Shown here: one piece after another, positions 26,791-39,700 of the stretch
Layout of the letters: every line of letters starts with the position of its first letter
Numbering within the stretch: the stretch's first letter is position 1
From: Isurus oxyrinchus
Taxonomy: Eukaryota
Assembly: GCA_026770705.1 (NCBI GenBank)
Contig: JANJGN010000138.1
Span: 186,001 to 250,000 of the forward strand
Reading direction: 5' to 3'
DNA: 64,000 nt
Program-made: the position numbers and the translations under genes
Notes under the pieces: generated by a model
Database searches by the model: none
Seen by the model: the letters and a program-made list of their open reading frames with translations, nothing else
Told to the model about the DNA's origin: nothing

Positions 26791-27481
26791 ACTAGCTAAC
26801 TTTATTCTACGGGACTGGTGCTAACTTTAGTAACAGAAGAAAATGCTGAATGTGGGAATGGAGAGGTTGCGGGCTTCATTCAGTTTTTTCAGAGACTAGA
26901 AGGATGACCGGATATCTTATCTGATTGAACTCGCTGTTCTTTAATTGCTATTAGGAACCTTATGATGCGTAATAACCCACAAATTGATAGAATGAAAGAA
27001 ATTGAATTGTCCTCCGATTAGCACGTTCATATCGTGAAAGATTCCTCTGTTGTGTAGTGTCTCGATTTACCAATGGGGAAATCTGACCGCCAGTGAGATC
27101 CGCGGATGTAATACTCACACCAAACTTTCAGTTAAATTGCCAATATGGGAATTGTCAGTGAACACGCGGCACACCCCTGTGCTCAGTAATGCGCATGAGT
27201 GACGAGAAAACGTCCATCCTGCACCTGCAGTGAAAGTCTAGGAGAGTTCGGAGACAATGAAATGTCATCAATTCAGGTTATCTGTTTTGTGGCAAATCCT
27301 GTCAAAATAACACTTCTTCTGACCCCAATTTGGGACTTTTTAAACGGATAGTGATTTATTTTTCATCTTGAATCATTTCCCGACCAGGAACACAATGAGG
27401 GAAAAATACCCAAATGTTAAAATGGAAGGTGAATATATAGATGTTCACCCTGCAGTGACTGGGAGATCCCCACTCTCATTG

Positions 27482-27598
27482 TAAAACAAAAACAGAATTA
27501 CCTGGAAAAACTCAGCAGACCTGGCAGACCTGCTGAGATTTTCCAGGTAATTCTGTTTTTGTTTTGGATTTCCAGTATCCGCAGTTTTTTGTTTTTAT
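27482..27598. mobile_element. Short inverted-repeat retroelement fragment with a 13-bp target-site duplication
   Basis: Arms aaaacaaaaacagaattacctggaaaa.ctcagcag and ctgctgag.ttttccaggtaattctgtttttgtttt. Flanked by cccactctcattg (27469-27481) and cccactcttattg (27599-27611). Confidence 0.8.
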
Positions 27599-28127
27599 CC
27601 CACTCTTATTGCGTCCAGCCTCCTGCTGGGCCGCCGTCTTGCATTTGTGCAGCAGCTGTTTATTATTCGGTTCAGCTCTGTCTCTCCCGTCACTGGTTCT
27701 CCATCCTGTCGATGGTGCTGTCTCATGAACTCCGAGAAGGTAACGCATTCGCTTATTAAAGTCACAAGAGAGACGCTCTTTTACTGAAACATTTGGTCCC
27801 AGACCGAGTGTTTAGTTCACCATCCAACAGCTCCTGGGAATTACATGCAATATATTTACTTTCTTTATAAATGCCTGGCTACTGGTTGATATGTGCACTC
27901 ACCGTTGACTGTCTCAATGACCATTAAGGGTAAAGGCTTCCTCCCGTCTGCTGTAGAAGCTGTGCCCCTGCAGCTTGAGTTCAGAAGGACATCACTAGTG
28001 AAAAGTGCATGCACCAGGCGGCTTATAACCAGATTTCTCTTTTCTAAATATTTCAGAGTCTCCAATTTTTCCTGTGCAACAAAAATATTTGACGATGTTG
28101 CACTTTCACTTTCTCTTGCCCAGGTTT
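27595..28127 (-). pseudogene. BEN-domain-encoding exons (28127-27903 and 27731-~27595) of a spliced pseudogene
   Basis: Exon tttcag|...|gtgagt encodes ...KRNLVISRLVHALFTSDVLLNSSCRGTASTADGRKPLPLMVIETVN. The next exon encodes EFMRQHHRQDGEPVTGETELNRIINSCCTNARRR. Together these fit the BEN pattern (LxxxLF..L..S..G...KxxL...IxxxCxxARR). The second acceptor reads cgg instead of cag. Confidence 0.7.
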
Positions 28128-28609
28128 CTGAAAGTTAGGGAATTAATTTGAGATCCTGATAGTCTGATGGCTGCAAATGCGTGTTGCTGCTAAATCACGA
28201 TAGGGTGTGAAAACTAGACAATGTGCTTTCATGTCCTGAGTGAATTGTACTTGCCTCAAATCTTCATTCCCACTCCCATTCTTCAATCCTGCCTCCAGGA
28301 GGTATTCTTTGTGTGAAAATGCGGCTCTGCATCTATGTAATTTCGGCATTAATAGGTAGTTGATTGGCAGTTACCCCCTGAGGTCGGTATAATGCTCGGA
28401 ATAACTGCTGGTCGCTTTGAAAAATATTATTAAAAATGTTTCAGTGATGGACATTGAACCATCGTAAAGAGAGAGTCAAAGCGTTATCGCTGCGATTTCT
28501 CATTTAATTTCCCAATCTGGTGACAAGAATTACTCAAACCGTCGAGGCTGAACTAGGCAGACCACTATATGCCTTACAGAGCGATAGAGAAAGGACTTTC
28601 TTCATTCTT

Positions 28610-28912
28610 TCCAATGTAACATCCCTGACAAGGCCGGCATCCCCATCCCTTGAGAATGGTTAAGTGTCAACCAGCTTACTGCAGACCAGGCTGGGCAAGG
28701 ACAGCAGACTTCCTTGCACATGGGACATTTATGAACCTGCTTTTTTTTTTACAACAACCGACGATACTCTAATGTTGGCCAGCATTATTTAAATTAGTTT
28801 TATATCCCAGAATGTCTCAACTGATTTGAAATTCGGTCAGCTGGCATAGTTGGATTTGAACTTTAGTCCCCTGAGCATTAGCCTCTCTGGATTACTAATA
28901 CAGTGACGTCAC
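28610..28912 (-). mobile_element. tRNA-derived SINE (HE1-like) with a LINE-related tail
   Basis: Minus-strand head gtcactgtattagtaatccagag...gttcaaatcc (B-box-like). The tail is similar to the LINE 3' ends at ~3250 and ~55180. Confidence 0.55.
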
Positions 28913-30394
28913 CAGAGAAAAAGGCCAGTCAATAGATGTAGGTACCATCGTCTCTGATCAATTGCTTGTGAGCATATTCTTGGCAAAGTCAAGGGTGAGA
29001 ACATGATGTGATCTCTCAGTTTGACCTAAATTCACATATTGTTGGGAGGGTTCCACAAGCACTCATCGACTTCTCATCTTCACACTTGCTGTCAATTGCC
29101 ACTGGGACCAAAGGGACTAAAAATCTCCCGCATGAGCTTTCCAGGATTCACAGCTTCAATGGAAAGGGGAAAGTCGCTGGTTGCTTTATCTTGCTCTCGA
29201 GAGGAATCCAAGGGCTATAGATTCAGAAGCTGTGGAGGGGGCAGAAGGGCGGGGGCCACGTGGGGATGATCCACGTGAATTTCATTACGTACAATTGCAG
29301 GATCTCTATTCACAGAACTCTGTTTTCAGGTGCCTCAAACAATTCATCATAATGTGCAGGGACCCGGCAATCACAGACTGTAGAGGAAGCTGCTGATTTG
29401 TGGAGTGCAGCATGGAACAGGGAATTCTTACCCAGCTTGTCACAGAGAGGACATGCTAGTGCCTTGGTCCAGCTGTTCCATTGAGCCCGTGGTCTATGGT
29501 ACTCTGCACACAGGATACCATTCTCCTGCCTCTCGGCTTCTATTTCAGCTTGTCATGCTCGCTGTCTGACCATTGATATTTATGGAGATGGATAAAGTGG
29601 TGTTGGATCTGCGATGCTGGACTGTGCATGTGCGTTACCCACCCATGTAAGTTCAGCTGTTACCAAAGGAAGCTCAGCAGAATGTGACTTTGAAAGCAGC
29701 TGGTGAGGGGCTCTGATTGGCCTGATGTGGCTGTTGTCATTCTGACTGGGGGCTAAACGTTGAGACTCAGCCTCATGCTGCCATTCGTCCTTCCCTCTGG
29801 CTGCCTCACTTGGCTCCTTTCCGCTGTCACTGTACAGAGTGGCAGTTTTCACCAATGCCGACCACTGCTTGGTGCCACTGGTGGAGGTTCACACCGTCCT
29901 GTTGGTAGGTCGTTCCTCCTCCTGATCATCCTCCAGCTTGGCCATTAACCCTGCACACTTCTGTCGGCTAGTCTACAACCGAGGCCCAGGTGAATGACGC
30001 TGCTTTCCCTTTTTTCTGTGTTGAGCCACTCCCATTGCCATGGAGTCCAGCGGCAGGACGGTGCACACTGCCCTTGGTCTACACTTTTTTCACCTTCTGT
30101 GCGCTCGCTCCTGCAGCACGGTCAGCAGCAGCGCCCAGCTGCAGATCAACAGGTTGCTGAGCGGTCCTCAGCTCCTTCTTTAACTCTCCAAGAGTAATAT
30201 TTGAATGTCTCAGAAATCAGTCAATTCACAATGAATAGGATAGAATAAAAGGGTTCTTTGTTTATTCCAGCTATTAATATCTGCCTCAGTAACAGTGCAA
30301 TGATCATTGTTTGTGCTGCAGTCTGACAACAAGAACCTGAATAATTTACATGATTTCACTATTGCAGGTGGTCAAGTTGATCCTCTGAGCAGGG

Positions 30395-31042
30395 ATGGCT
30401 CATACCAAACAGATAGCCTGGAAGTCCACCAGCGGCAATGCGCCCAGGAAGCAGCTGGCCTCCAAGGCAGCCCAGAAATATGCCCCCTCCACTGGCGAAG
30501 TGAAGAGATCTCATCGCTACAGGCTGGGTACAGTCGCACTCTGAGAAATCTGCCAATGCCAGAATTCCATATAGAGTTGTTTATCCGCAAAGTGTCCTTC
30601 GAGCGCCTGATGAGGGAAATTGCCCAGGGCTTTGAAACTGACCTGAGGTTTCAGAGTGAGGCAATTGGAGCATTGTAGGAAGCCAGTGAGGCCTACTTGG
30701 TTGGCCTGTTTGAGGACACCAACCTGTGTGCCATCCATGTCAAAAGAGTGACCGTTATGCCAAAAGACACCCAGCTGGTACAATGGATCCGGGGGAGCGT
30801 GCTTAAGCTCTGTGCTGTATTACATCTCCTCCAGACTATTTTGAAGTGATATTCAAACATTTTCTAAAACATTATTGGACTGTAGGTTTGGCTTCTTGTG
30901 GACGCTGGGCCTTTATTTTGTATTTTTGTTAGTTTTGAGTATTGATCGTGTCTTAAAGTGGAAATAGTGAAACATTTTGTAAACTGTCCTTCGAACTCAT
31001 GCTCAGGATGGAAAATAAACTTTAGTATCTTTTTAAAAAAAA
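30395..31042 (+). pseudogene. H3F3: Processed histone H3.3 pseudogene (CDS 30395-30806, 3'UTR, poly(A) remnant)
   Basis: [34 protein letters not shown]... carries the H3.3-diagnostic S31 and (A)IG at 87-90 (FQSEAIGAL). It is intronless, with stops and frameshifts. AATAAA at 31014-31019 and an A-run at 31035-31042. Confidence 0.92.
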
Positions 31043-33829
31043 TGAAATGGTCGTGTTTGACCTATACACTCCCATCTAAACGGGAGTATTGAAGAAATTA
31101 TTGTGCAGAGTGTTTTTTTTAAGCAGTTTTCTGGCTAGTTTTACACTCTACGTTGTTCGCCATGACCCCAGGCCTATTTACTAGCCTCGCTTTTCCCTGT
31201 CACTGCGGCCTACCCTATGTTACAGGAGGAGAAAATAAAGAACAAATGCTTCCACTTATTCTCAAAATTTTCCCCAAGACCTTTCCTCACCCCTTCCATT
31301 TGACACAGAACGTCCCCCCTTCCTCTCGATTCTTCTTGTCGCTCATGGTAGACAGCGGCTCAATCCTGGTCAGCAGCTCTGCGCTCTAGAAAACCAGACA
31401 TAACTTATGGGTCGCTGCAGCTTGCTCTGCCGGGGATACTGAGTCCTTGGCAGCAATAAGGTCACTGATGTCCAGATGGCCAAAAGGGATGCTAATCACA
31501 GTGGACAAAGTCTGATATGAACCTGCTGATGGACTGAGAATGGACAATGGTCAGAATGGCAGCATTGGTCAGAAAAGACTGAAAATTAGGGGAGGGAAGC
31601 AAAAAGATCTAGGAACACGTTATGACAAGGATTGATGACTACACCAATCTAGAGTTTTGTTTGACCTCTATTGTACTGCAGATGTTTCTAGGCCATTTTC
31701 AAGTGGGTGTAATTATTAAAACTCAAGTGGACATTTTGTCCACTGTAAACTAAGTTGAAGAAAACATCTCCCTATGTGCGGGGGTGGCACTGAGAAAGGA
31801 TGGAAACTGAAACAATTCTCGAATAAAGCAGGAGCAGCAGATGAAGAGACTTCCGCGGTTGAGATAAACATGTCACGGGGACCATCTCCCAAATGTGCTG
31901 CAGGCCTTTCAGATCCCCTTGAGGTGATGGCTGGCCTGCGGTCATATTTTCTTTTCTCTCTATCCCGAAAGCAGGGAGTCCAATTTCTAGCCCAGGATGC
32001 ACCATGCAGTCTGACTCAGCACAGGGCTGAGTGCTGCATTACTAGCGGCCTCATCATGTGGAGGAGGTTTCAAACTGCAGCAGCCATGTGCCCCGTCTCC
32101 CTAAAGATCACATTCGGAGGATGAAGCAGAGAATTCTCTCACTGTAACAGCTCTTACACGCGGAAAGATTCTGTTAATGGGCCACTTATTTCAAAGAATA
32201 TCCCCAAAAAAATCACGGTAGAAGTTTCAAGCCAGTTCTTCCCCACTCTCACCCGCCTCCCCCATTAAAAACAACTCCAGGCTGGTCTCGCTTCCCTCCA
32301 CCCACCCTCTATCAACATGCCATCCTGGCTCCCCGTTCCCCATCTCCATGCATGCCTGACTCCTCAATTACCCCCCACCCCCTCACCCCTACCAGGCCCC
32401 AATATCAGAATAATTGTTTGCATTTGCCACTCCTCGCTCTCTCGGGATCCACATGGTTCCGGCCTCTACCTCTACCCGTCACCTCTACCCGACTTAAAAC
32501 GTTGTGGCCTCTCCCGGCTCGGGCCAAAGGCTCCAACCTCTCATATTCTCGGTCCCGCTCGCTCCTGATTCACCTGGAACTTTTACAATTACCGAAAACA
32601 AGCAGAAAAAGGGCACCGAACAGCACAGTTTGTGGAAATGCCCCTGGGAGCAGCAGGTACTGTGGGTGCGGCCTCTGGACCACACAAAGCATTTTTAATG
32701 TGCCCACCTTTGTGTGGCCGGGAGGGGCAGAGGCCAATCCTCTAATACTGACCGTTCCAGGTACAGGTTGCATTCCCACTTCCTGTCTCAGAGAAAGAGA
32801 GGATTAGACGATGGTTGGAGAACTAACAATGCGCAGGGTTGCGGGGAGAAGGCAGTTGAATTACACGTGGTGAAATGTTCATGTTTCAAAATCCTGTATA
32901 AATTGTGGTTCGTTCTGCTATCACTTTCAAAAATTAATGGCGGGAATAGCTCCCCGTTCACAACATTCTAAAAATGACAAATGAGACTTGAACATGTGGC
33001 GAGGCTGTTAAGTAAGTAGGACACAATTGTAGGTCGGAAAGTAAGTTGTGAAGAGGGCGTAAGAATCTTGATATGTTACGTGATTGGACAAATGGACAAA
33101 GACCTGGCAAATGGAGTAGAAAGTAGTAAAACATGAGGTTGTCTATTTTGACAGGACGGATAAAAAAGAGGCACATGACCCAACCAGTGAGACATTGCAG
33201 AACTCTGAGATGCAAAGGAGTCTGGGTGTCCTAGTGCATGAAATTTTTGGTTTCCGTGTGCTGCTAAACTCTCATTGAAAATCGGACAGTCCAGAGTCCC
33301 AGGCGAGATCCTTCCTGTCTCTGAGACCAGAATGGTTGCTTTTGAATAGTTCCCATTCGCTGAAAAAGCCTCAGTTAAACCTATTTCATTGCTGTAGAGA
33401 TCGCGCTCTCTCACCCATTTGCTGACATGTTCTCTACTTTCCTACTGAAATCATAAAATTAACTAAATCTTTCCGTTTAACTCCCACTTGAGAGGTGAGT
33501 ACCTATTAATTATTGCACGGTCCCAGCAAATTCGCTAGCCTCCTCAATCCTCCCATGTTTCTGCAAGATTGCTTTGTGAAAATGGGCTCACAAACAGCAA
33601 ATGCCCTGTGGGGAATGATCCCAAATTGAGCTTCCTAAAAGGACAAGTCCGATTTTTTCATTGTTCTCTGACCTTTTCCCCATCTCCAGTTCTTTTGTTC
33701 AGATGCTGATCAAAGTGAATTGCAGAAAATGTTGATTTCAGTTGCTGATTTGCAGTGGGAAAACAACGCATGAGGTATTTAGTCCCACACCGAACGCTGC
33801 TTGTTAGTGAGTCGGAGATGAAAGGTACA

Positions 33830-34170
33830 GAATGAATCCCACACTCACAGCTAGTAACAGAGATTGATATTTACCGAATCAATCTCAGACCTACCGATGG
33901 AAGCAAAGACTGATATTCATCGAATCAATCACACATTTGCAGATAGTGCCAGGGATTGCAATTGATCGAATCAATCGCACAATTACAGACAGTATCAGAG
34001 ACTGACATTTACATAATCAATTCCACACTGGCAGATAGTCACAGGGACTGAAATTGATCGAATCAATCCCACAATTACAGACAGTATCAGAGACTGATAG
34101 TCCCAGAATCAGTACCACAATCACAGACAGTACCAGAGACTGTTATTTATAGAATCCATCCGCACTCACA
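33830..34170 (+). repeat. ~41-bp minisatellite (gaatcaatcccacaattacagacagtatcagagactgatatttac-like)
   Basis: About 8 degenerate tandem units are visible. Confidence 0.85.
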
Positions 34171-34778
34171 TGCATAGAAAAGCATTGCAGGGTCACGGGG
34201 AGTGGCAGTGAGTGAATTGTTCTCTTTTGGAGTTGTCGCTATTCTAGGATTCTGATGGAAAATACTGGAAAAACTAAATAGCTCTGACAGTTTTGATGCT
34301 TCGATAGCGGGTCTATTTGTTAAAACTTCTATCAAGGTGAAATGTGAAACCCCAAATCCTGTCTCCAGAGATGCTGCAGGACCTGCTGAGTTTTTCCAGC
34401 ACCTTCTGTTATTATTTCAGATTCCCAGCGTGAGCAGTCTGTCACTGTATGAACAATAAAACAATCCCTGTGCAGGAATCGATATATTCAAATAAGAAAT
34501 TAGAAGCAGCAGATGGAAAATATTTAGAGAATTGCTGACTGTTACAAATCCGAGGTATTCTATCCTGGCTCCACAGTAAAGCTCAGGAAAAGCCTTCATT
34601 ATCATCAAGAAGGAATACATCTGAGTTACATTTTAAATGGAAGATAAATGCAGGTGGGAATTAATTATATTTCTATTAAACCCGCCCATGTGTTTGGAGC
34701 AAAATCTCACTGAAACGGATCAAATTCAGCTTCAAGCTTGGGGTTTCTGATTTAAGAGGTTAAAAAAAAACAAGAAAT

Positions 34779-34852
34779 TGTGGCAGCTGGGAATCGAACT
34801 GGGGGGTCAAATAATTGAAAAGCAGCTATGGTAACCACTGTACCACCATCGA
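34779..34852 (-). pseudogene. tRNA-Gly(TCC) pseudogene
   Basis: gggaatcgaac..gggtcaa....gcagctatg.taaccactgtaccacca matches the reverse complement of Gly-TCC. Confidence 0.8.
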
Positions 34853-35099
34853 TAACTAACGACATTGGCACATAACTATAAGTCACAAAAGTCTTAACAA
34901 CAGGGGCAAAATGACGAATAAAGCAAAAATGATGCTGAGCCACAGAAGGAGATATTAGATCAGATGACAAAAGCTTAGTCAAAGGGGAAGCTGTTAAATA
35001 ACATCTTAATGATCAGAAGGGGCTGTAGAAGTGGAATAGTTTAGGGAGGGAATGCAAAATTTTAGACCAGGTCGGCATTACACACGGTTGTCAATTTGT

Positions 35100-36255
35100 A
35101 GAGCATAAAATCCCATCTCTAGTTTTCCTTGAGAAAATGCTGCTGAACTGCCTTTTCCATTCCACGTGGTGTATGTACACCCACAGTGCCGTTAGCGCTG
35201 GGGTGGGGGGATGGGGCTGGAGGGGGGGGGGTGGTGGGGGCGGAGGGGATTTTATAGGGTATTGATCCAGAGGTAGTGAAGGAACAGCGATATGTTTCCA
35301 TGTCAGAATGGTGTGAGGGTTGGAGGGGAACTCCCAAGTAGCGGTGTCCCCGTGCATCTGCTGCCCTTGTCCTTCTAGATGGTAGTGTTCGTGGTTTTGG
35401 AATTTGCTGTCCAAGGAGTCTTGGTGAGTTCCTACAGTGCATCGTCTGGTTGAAGAACACTGCTGCTACTGTACTCTCGTGGTGGAGGGATGTTGGGTGG
35501 ATAGGGTGCCAGTCAAGCGGGTTATCTTCTCCTGGATGGTGTCAAGCTTCTGGATGTTTGTTGCTGCACTCATCCAGGCCAATTGAGAGTACTCAAACAC
35601 GCTCCTGACTTGTGTCTTGTAGATGGTGAACAGTCTTTGGGGAGTCATGAGGTGAGTTACTCGCCACAGGGTTCCTCACCTCTAACCTGTCTTGCAGCCA
35701 TTGCCTTTGTATGGCTAGTCCAGTTCAGTTTCTGGTCAATGGTATCCCAGGATTTTGTAAATGAGAGATTCAGTAATGATAATGCCATTGGACTCAAGGA
35801 GCAATGGTTAGATTCTCCCTTGTTTGAGGTGGTCATTGCCTGGCGCTTGTGTGGCACGAATGTTACTTGCCACTTGTCAACCCAAGCCTGGAAATTGTCC
35901 ACGTCTTGATACATTTGCACGTGGACTGCTTCGGTGTGTGATGATTTGCGAATGGTGCTGAACATTGTGCCATCATCAGTGAACATCCGCACTTCTGACC
36001 TTAAGATGAATTGAAAGTCATTGATGAAGCATCTGAAGATGCTTAAGCCGAGGTCTCTATCCCGAGGAACTCCTGCAGTGATGTCTTGTAACTCAGATGA
36101 TTGACCTCCAGCAACAACTTAACTTTGTGATGGTATGACCCCAAGCAGCAGAGCGTTTTCTCTCTGCTTCCCATTAACTCCAGTTGTGCTTGGATCCTTG
36201 ACGTTGCACTCGGACAAAAGCTGCCTTAATGTCGACGTTAGCCAAACTCATCACA
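35100..36255 (-). mobile_element. CR1/L2-clade LINE 3' fragment (same family as 3230-4730)
   Basis: DIKAAFVRV, MFTDDGTMFSTI and IYKTQVRSVFEYS motifs. Confidence 0.85.
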
Positions 36256-36304
36256 CCTGTAAAAGGGAAAGTATTGAAGACAGACATAATGAAGAAGGAA
36301 AAAG

Positions 36305-36745
36305 AAACAGTCCATAAATCAAGGCAGTCAGAAACACTGAATCCCTGAAAAGAAAAAGAAAGTGTGCAGGGATCAGGGAAGGCGGGGAAGTGATAGCAGA
36401 ATAAATTCTCCTTCAAAGAACGAGCACAGACACGATGGGCCAAGTAAACCATTCTATGATTATACGAATCTGGGATTAGGAAACTTGAACTTTAAATCTA
36501 ATTTACTGAACTCTGGAATCACACTGGTGAATCAGCATTGTTTCCATTCCAAGTTCGATATAACCCCAGTGTTTCCTCTGTGTGGTGTCTGTAAGAACAT
36601 GAGAAATAGGTGCAAGTGTATAATGTGTCTTCCAGCTTCTTAAACAGTCCATAACTTCCTGGATCAATATCCGCCTTAATTTACCTTCCTAAAAATCACA
36701 ATTCTCGCTGCCACCCAGTCCCATAGTAGATGAAGTATTCCCAGT
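36305..36745 (+). repeat. Partial copy of the Thr/Lys-unit flank
   Basis: cactggtgaatcagca...gtgtctgtaagaacatgagaaa is shared with ~14290, ~17500 and ~57810. Confidence 0.75.
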
Positions 36746-39700
36746 GAGTTTAACTTTGTGTGTAGAATTATTATCTAATTCCCGCAGGGAAATATCTGGC
36801 TTTAATTCTTTGACTGTGACCCTGGGTCAGTGGCAATAGTTTATGGACTGATCTTACCCGCTCAACGTTATAAAGAAAATGTACCGAATCCCTCCTGCCA
36901 TCATGAGGAAAGACTTCAGTAAAGGGACAGTCAGTGGATTAAACATACGGGCTGAGCAGCGGTTTAGTGACAGAAATTGATGAGGTTTAGGAGGGAGTTC
37001 AAGGGCCAACAGAGTTATAGGAAAAGAAAACGAAAGATTGGCGAGGAGTAAGAGAGAGGAATATGAATGGCATTCACCATCTTTCATATTTTCACAGAAT
37101 CACAGTGCAGAAGAGGCCCTTCGGCCCATCGAGTCTGCACCAACACGTGAGAAGCGCCTGACCTACCTACTTAACCCCATTTACCAGCACTTGGCCCATA
37201 GCCTTTTACAAAGGTGACCAAAGTAAAGAAACCTAGGGTTACCTTCTTGCATTCACAAATGAAACTGAAAAGGTGGTTCAATGTGGTACTGTAGGGGTGC
37301 CGCCTTCCTTCAGTTACTTCAGAGGCAAGGATGAAATGATACGCTCTCTCAGTGAACTCTCTTTGTTTCAATTCCAAACTGGATTTATAATGCTTCATTA
37401 CCCAAAAATTTACATAATTGTTGAATATTAGAAATTGAGTTGCCCCGTGGTCAGGACAATTATATCTTGAAGAATTCCTCCTGAGACTAGTGGCTCAATT
37501 TCTCAATGAGAAAATGTGCCAATAGTGAAATCTCAGTATTTAATACTCACACTAAACTTCCAGGAAATCTGCCAGTGTCGGCGATCGTCAGGCTTCCGAT
37601 TTATTTCTCTATTTCAATTATTTATTTATTTCAGGATTTTTGTTTGTTGAAGCATCCCCGCCAGGCTGGCCGGCAATACGCATTTCAAAATTACTCCAAT
37701 TTTTTTGAATTTGGGTGTAACATTTTCAATCCTCCACTGCTCTGGAACCAATGGGTGACCCTCTCTCTCTGTCTCTCACCAAATATCGATCGTTACCTGC
37801 CCTTCTCTCTTACACATGTTCACAATTGCACTTTGCGGTTTAATACATAATTGATTGTTTTTACAATTATTCTCGTTTGAGTGATTCGGATTTATGAGAA
37901 CACTGTATACAATACAAATACGATGCATAATTGTGTATTATAGTTATGTAGATGAATGTTGCTTACAGTATTCCAGATGCAATTAATTTTGAGCTCGATA
38001 TCTGTGTCAGGAGGGTGCAGAACACATTTGTATGGCGGGCTGTCGGCGAGCTCCAGTCCAATGTTTGTGGTAGAAACTCTTTGTAGGGACTTCAGTCTGG
38101 CTCGAATTGTTTAGATAACAATTTACTTTTGAATTATTGGAAATACTAATCCAGTTGCATTATGCCATCCAATTGGCATAAGTCCTGGTCTCTCTGATCC
38201 ACTGCTTGTGTGCATGCTCACGGAAATATCAAGGATGAGGGCGTGATGTGACCTCTCAGTGTGACCTAAGTTCACATTATGGAGAGAGAGCTCCACAAGT
38301 ACTCACCCCCTTTTTACCTTCAGGCCTGCTGTCGGAGGCCCCATTACCCTTCAAGGGAGCAACATTGTGCCACATGAACTACAGCTTTCCAGGATTCACA
38401 GCTTCAATAGAAAGAGTAAAGTCACAGATTAATGTCAACCCAGAGGAATCGAAGGGCTATAAAATCAGCAGTTATGGGGTGGGGATGGCTAAAGAGGGGG
38501 CAGGGGTGATACACATTAATTGAATGACATCCAAGTGCAAACCTCTGCCTGGGTTAAGGGTGGTCAGTTCCAAGTTTACAGAACACCGTTTACAGGTGCC
38601 TGAAACAATACATCATAAGGTGCAGCAATCAAGCACTGTAGTGCCGTGTCCTTGCCCAACTGTTCAATTCAGCCCGCCGCCTCTCCTGCACTGTATGCGG
38701 TGACGATTATCCTGTCTCAGGGCTTCCATTTCACCCAACGTCCCTCGTAGGGCCAAGTGTGCTCGTACATCTGCCACACCTTGGAGTCTGACCCCTATTA
38801 TGTATGGAGGTGGGTAAAGTGGTGTTGGATCTGTGATGCTGGGCAGGCCTTGTCCATTTAGCACCCATGTACGTTCACGTGTTACCCAGTGATGCTCAGC
38901 CTTTTGTGGCTGCGAATGCAGCTGGTGAGCTTCTCTGTATCTCATTGCATGATGTGGCTGTTTTCATTCTGACTGGGGGTAAACGTTGAGCCTCAGCCTC
39001 GTGCTGCCTTGTCCCCTTCCCTCTGGCTGGGTCATTCAGCTCCTTTCTGCTGGCACTGTGTGCAGTGCCCGTTATCATCAATGCTGATCATTGCTCAGTT
39101 CCTCTGGTGGGGGTTGACACAGTTCTGGCTGTAGGTGGTTCCTCCTCCTCCTCATCCTCCAGCTTGGCCATTATCCCTGTGCACAGCATTCGGCTAGTCT
39201 CCAACCTAGGCCCGAGTGAATGCCACTGTTTTCTCTTTCCCTCTGGAGGGCCACTCCCAGTGCCATGGAGTCCAGTGGCAGGAGGCTGCACACTGCCCTT
39301 GGTCATCACATTCTTCACCTACAGTGCGCTCGCTCCTGTAGCACATTGAGCAGCAGTGTCCAGCTGCAGTTCAACAGCTCCTTCCTTAACTCTGCAAAAT
39401 TAATATTGGAATGTCTCGGAAATCAGTCACCTCATAATGAATAAGATTGACTAAAAGATTCTTTGTATAACGCTTATCACAGATATTAATATCTGAATCT
39501 GTAACAGTGCAATGGTCACTGCCTTGGGCTGCGCTTTGCAGGCAAAACATATATCATGTCCCTGAGTTCATTACCAACTGATCAACTTTGACCTGTAGAC
39601 ACTCACTAAACGGAAGTATTGAAAAAAACAATTGTGCAGGCAGAATAGTAAACATTTTTCTGTCCAGTTTTAACCTGTTTGGCATGTTCCCAGGCCTATT

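Larger units (their letters stand above)
28945..34960 (+). repeat. ~6 kb segmental duplication copy A (gene exons, minisatellite, tRNA-Gly pseudogene)
   Basis: Colinear with 38180-43850, e.g. identical gagtgctgcattactagcggcctcatcatgtggaggaggtttcaaactgcag at ~32029 and ~40580. Confidence 0.9.

Noticed and set aside
27512-27748. 78-aa ORF MRYLLGVHETAP...
   Set aside because: Wrong frame. The BEN-like peptide is in another frame, and this ORF runs into a repeat insertion.
33830-34170. Regularly spaced repeats resembling a CRISPR array
   Set aside because: Contiguous degenerate minisatellite with no unique spacers, in eukaryotic context.
37226-37398. Peptide ending FSFICECKK, reminiscent of a C-type lectin C-terminus
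   Set aside because: No WIGL, EPN or WND motifs; the evidence is too weak.
38790-38830. PLYPPPY motif suggesting a retroviral Gag late domain
   Set aside because: No capsid, zinc-knuckle, pol or LTR context. The paralog reads PLYPSP* and the segment lies in a spliced host-like gene.
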